DNA of 5,995 nucleotides from Escherichia coli (GTDB lineage Bacteria; Pseudomonadota; Gammaproteobacteria; Enterobacterales; Enterobacteriaceae): NCBI RefSeq assembly GCF_003334385.1, contig NZ_QOWN01000079.1; one strand, 5' to 3'. Shown piece by piece: positions 5,817 to 5,995 of this stretch (position 1 is its first letter; each line of letters starts with the position of its first letter). The notes under the pieces were generated by a model. It saw only the letters and a program-made list of their open reading frames with translations, ran no database searches and was not told where the DNA came from. The position numbers and the translations under genes were made by a program.

Positions 5817-5995
5817 CACGTACCTAAAGAGTCCCCATTAGACATCTTTCTGTTTATGGTGACATGATTCGTCACCGCTTTCCTTTCCTCTCAGTTTCAC
5901 CATTTCATTCCTTTTCCCGGTAATGCTGCCAACTTACTGATTTAGTGTATGATGGTGATTTTAAGGTGCTTGCGTGGCTTCCATTTCCATCAGAT

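Noticed and set aside
5859-5995. GTGAC-atgattc-GTCAC inverted repeat (5859-5875), polypyrimidine tract, and ATGATGGTG at the window end
   Set aside because: Short 5-bp arms and no T-run, so not a convincing terminator; the possible gene start at the window edge is too short to evaluate.
1-5995. CRISPR arrays, tRNA or rRNA genes
   Set aside because: No regularly spaced direct repeats with unique spacers and no cloverleaf or rRNA-like conserved stretches were recognisable.

Overview
Read by eye from the sequence and ORF track; no database search was possible, so all family assignments are from motif recognition and memory. The window looks like a mosaic plasmid accessory/maintenance region with five parts. 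(1) nt 1-77 is the 5' end of an IS66-family tnpB, abruptly joined to unrelated AT-rich DNA that carries an open minus-strand membrane-protein fragment and a Fur-box-like site. (2) nt ~680-1087 is a decayed colicin Ia/Ib-type pore-forming toxin gene (two channel-domain pieces, internal deletion, frame changes), yet its terminator hairpin and the convergent 115-aa immunity gene (1105-1452, minus) are intact: an orphan immunity gene. (3) 1563-1910 encodes a small Trp/Gly-rich membrane protein from a GTG start. (4) 1928-4537 is a visibly G+C-rich block with two divergent operons: two translationally coupled genes of unknown function on the minus strand (2518-2775 and 1928-2518) behind twin perfect 17-bp palindromes, and on the plus strand an unknown 137-aa gene coupled to a ResD/XerD-like tyrosine recombinase (3758-4537). 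The ~450-bp region between them is dense in repeats and is a candidate resolution site. (5) 4540-5830 is a type Ib-like partition cassette: a small ParA Walker ATPase (4717-5361) and a 102-aa adaptor (5448-5756), with GGRTAT(C) repeat clusters upstream, between and downstream of the genes. No rRNA, tRNA or CRISPR array was seen. The best candidates for something undescribed are the palindrome-controlled two-gene module (1928-2775) and the unknown gene coupled to the recombinase.
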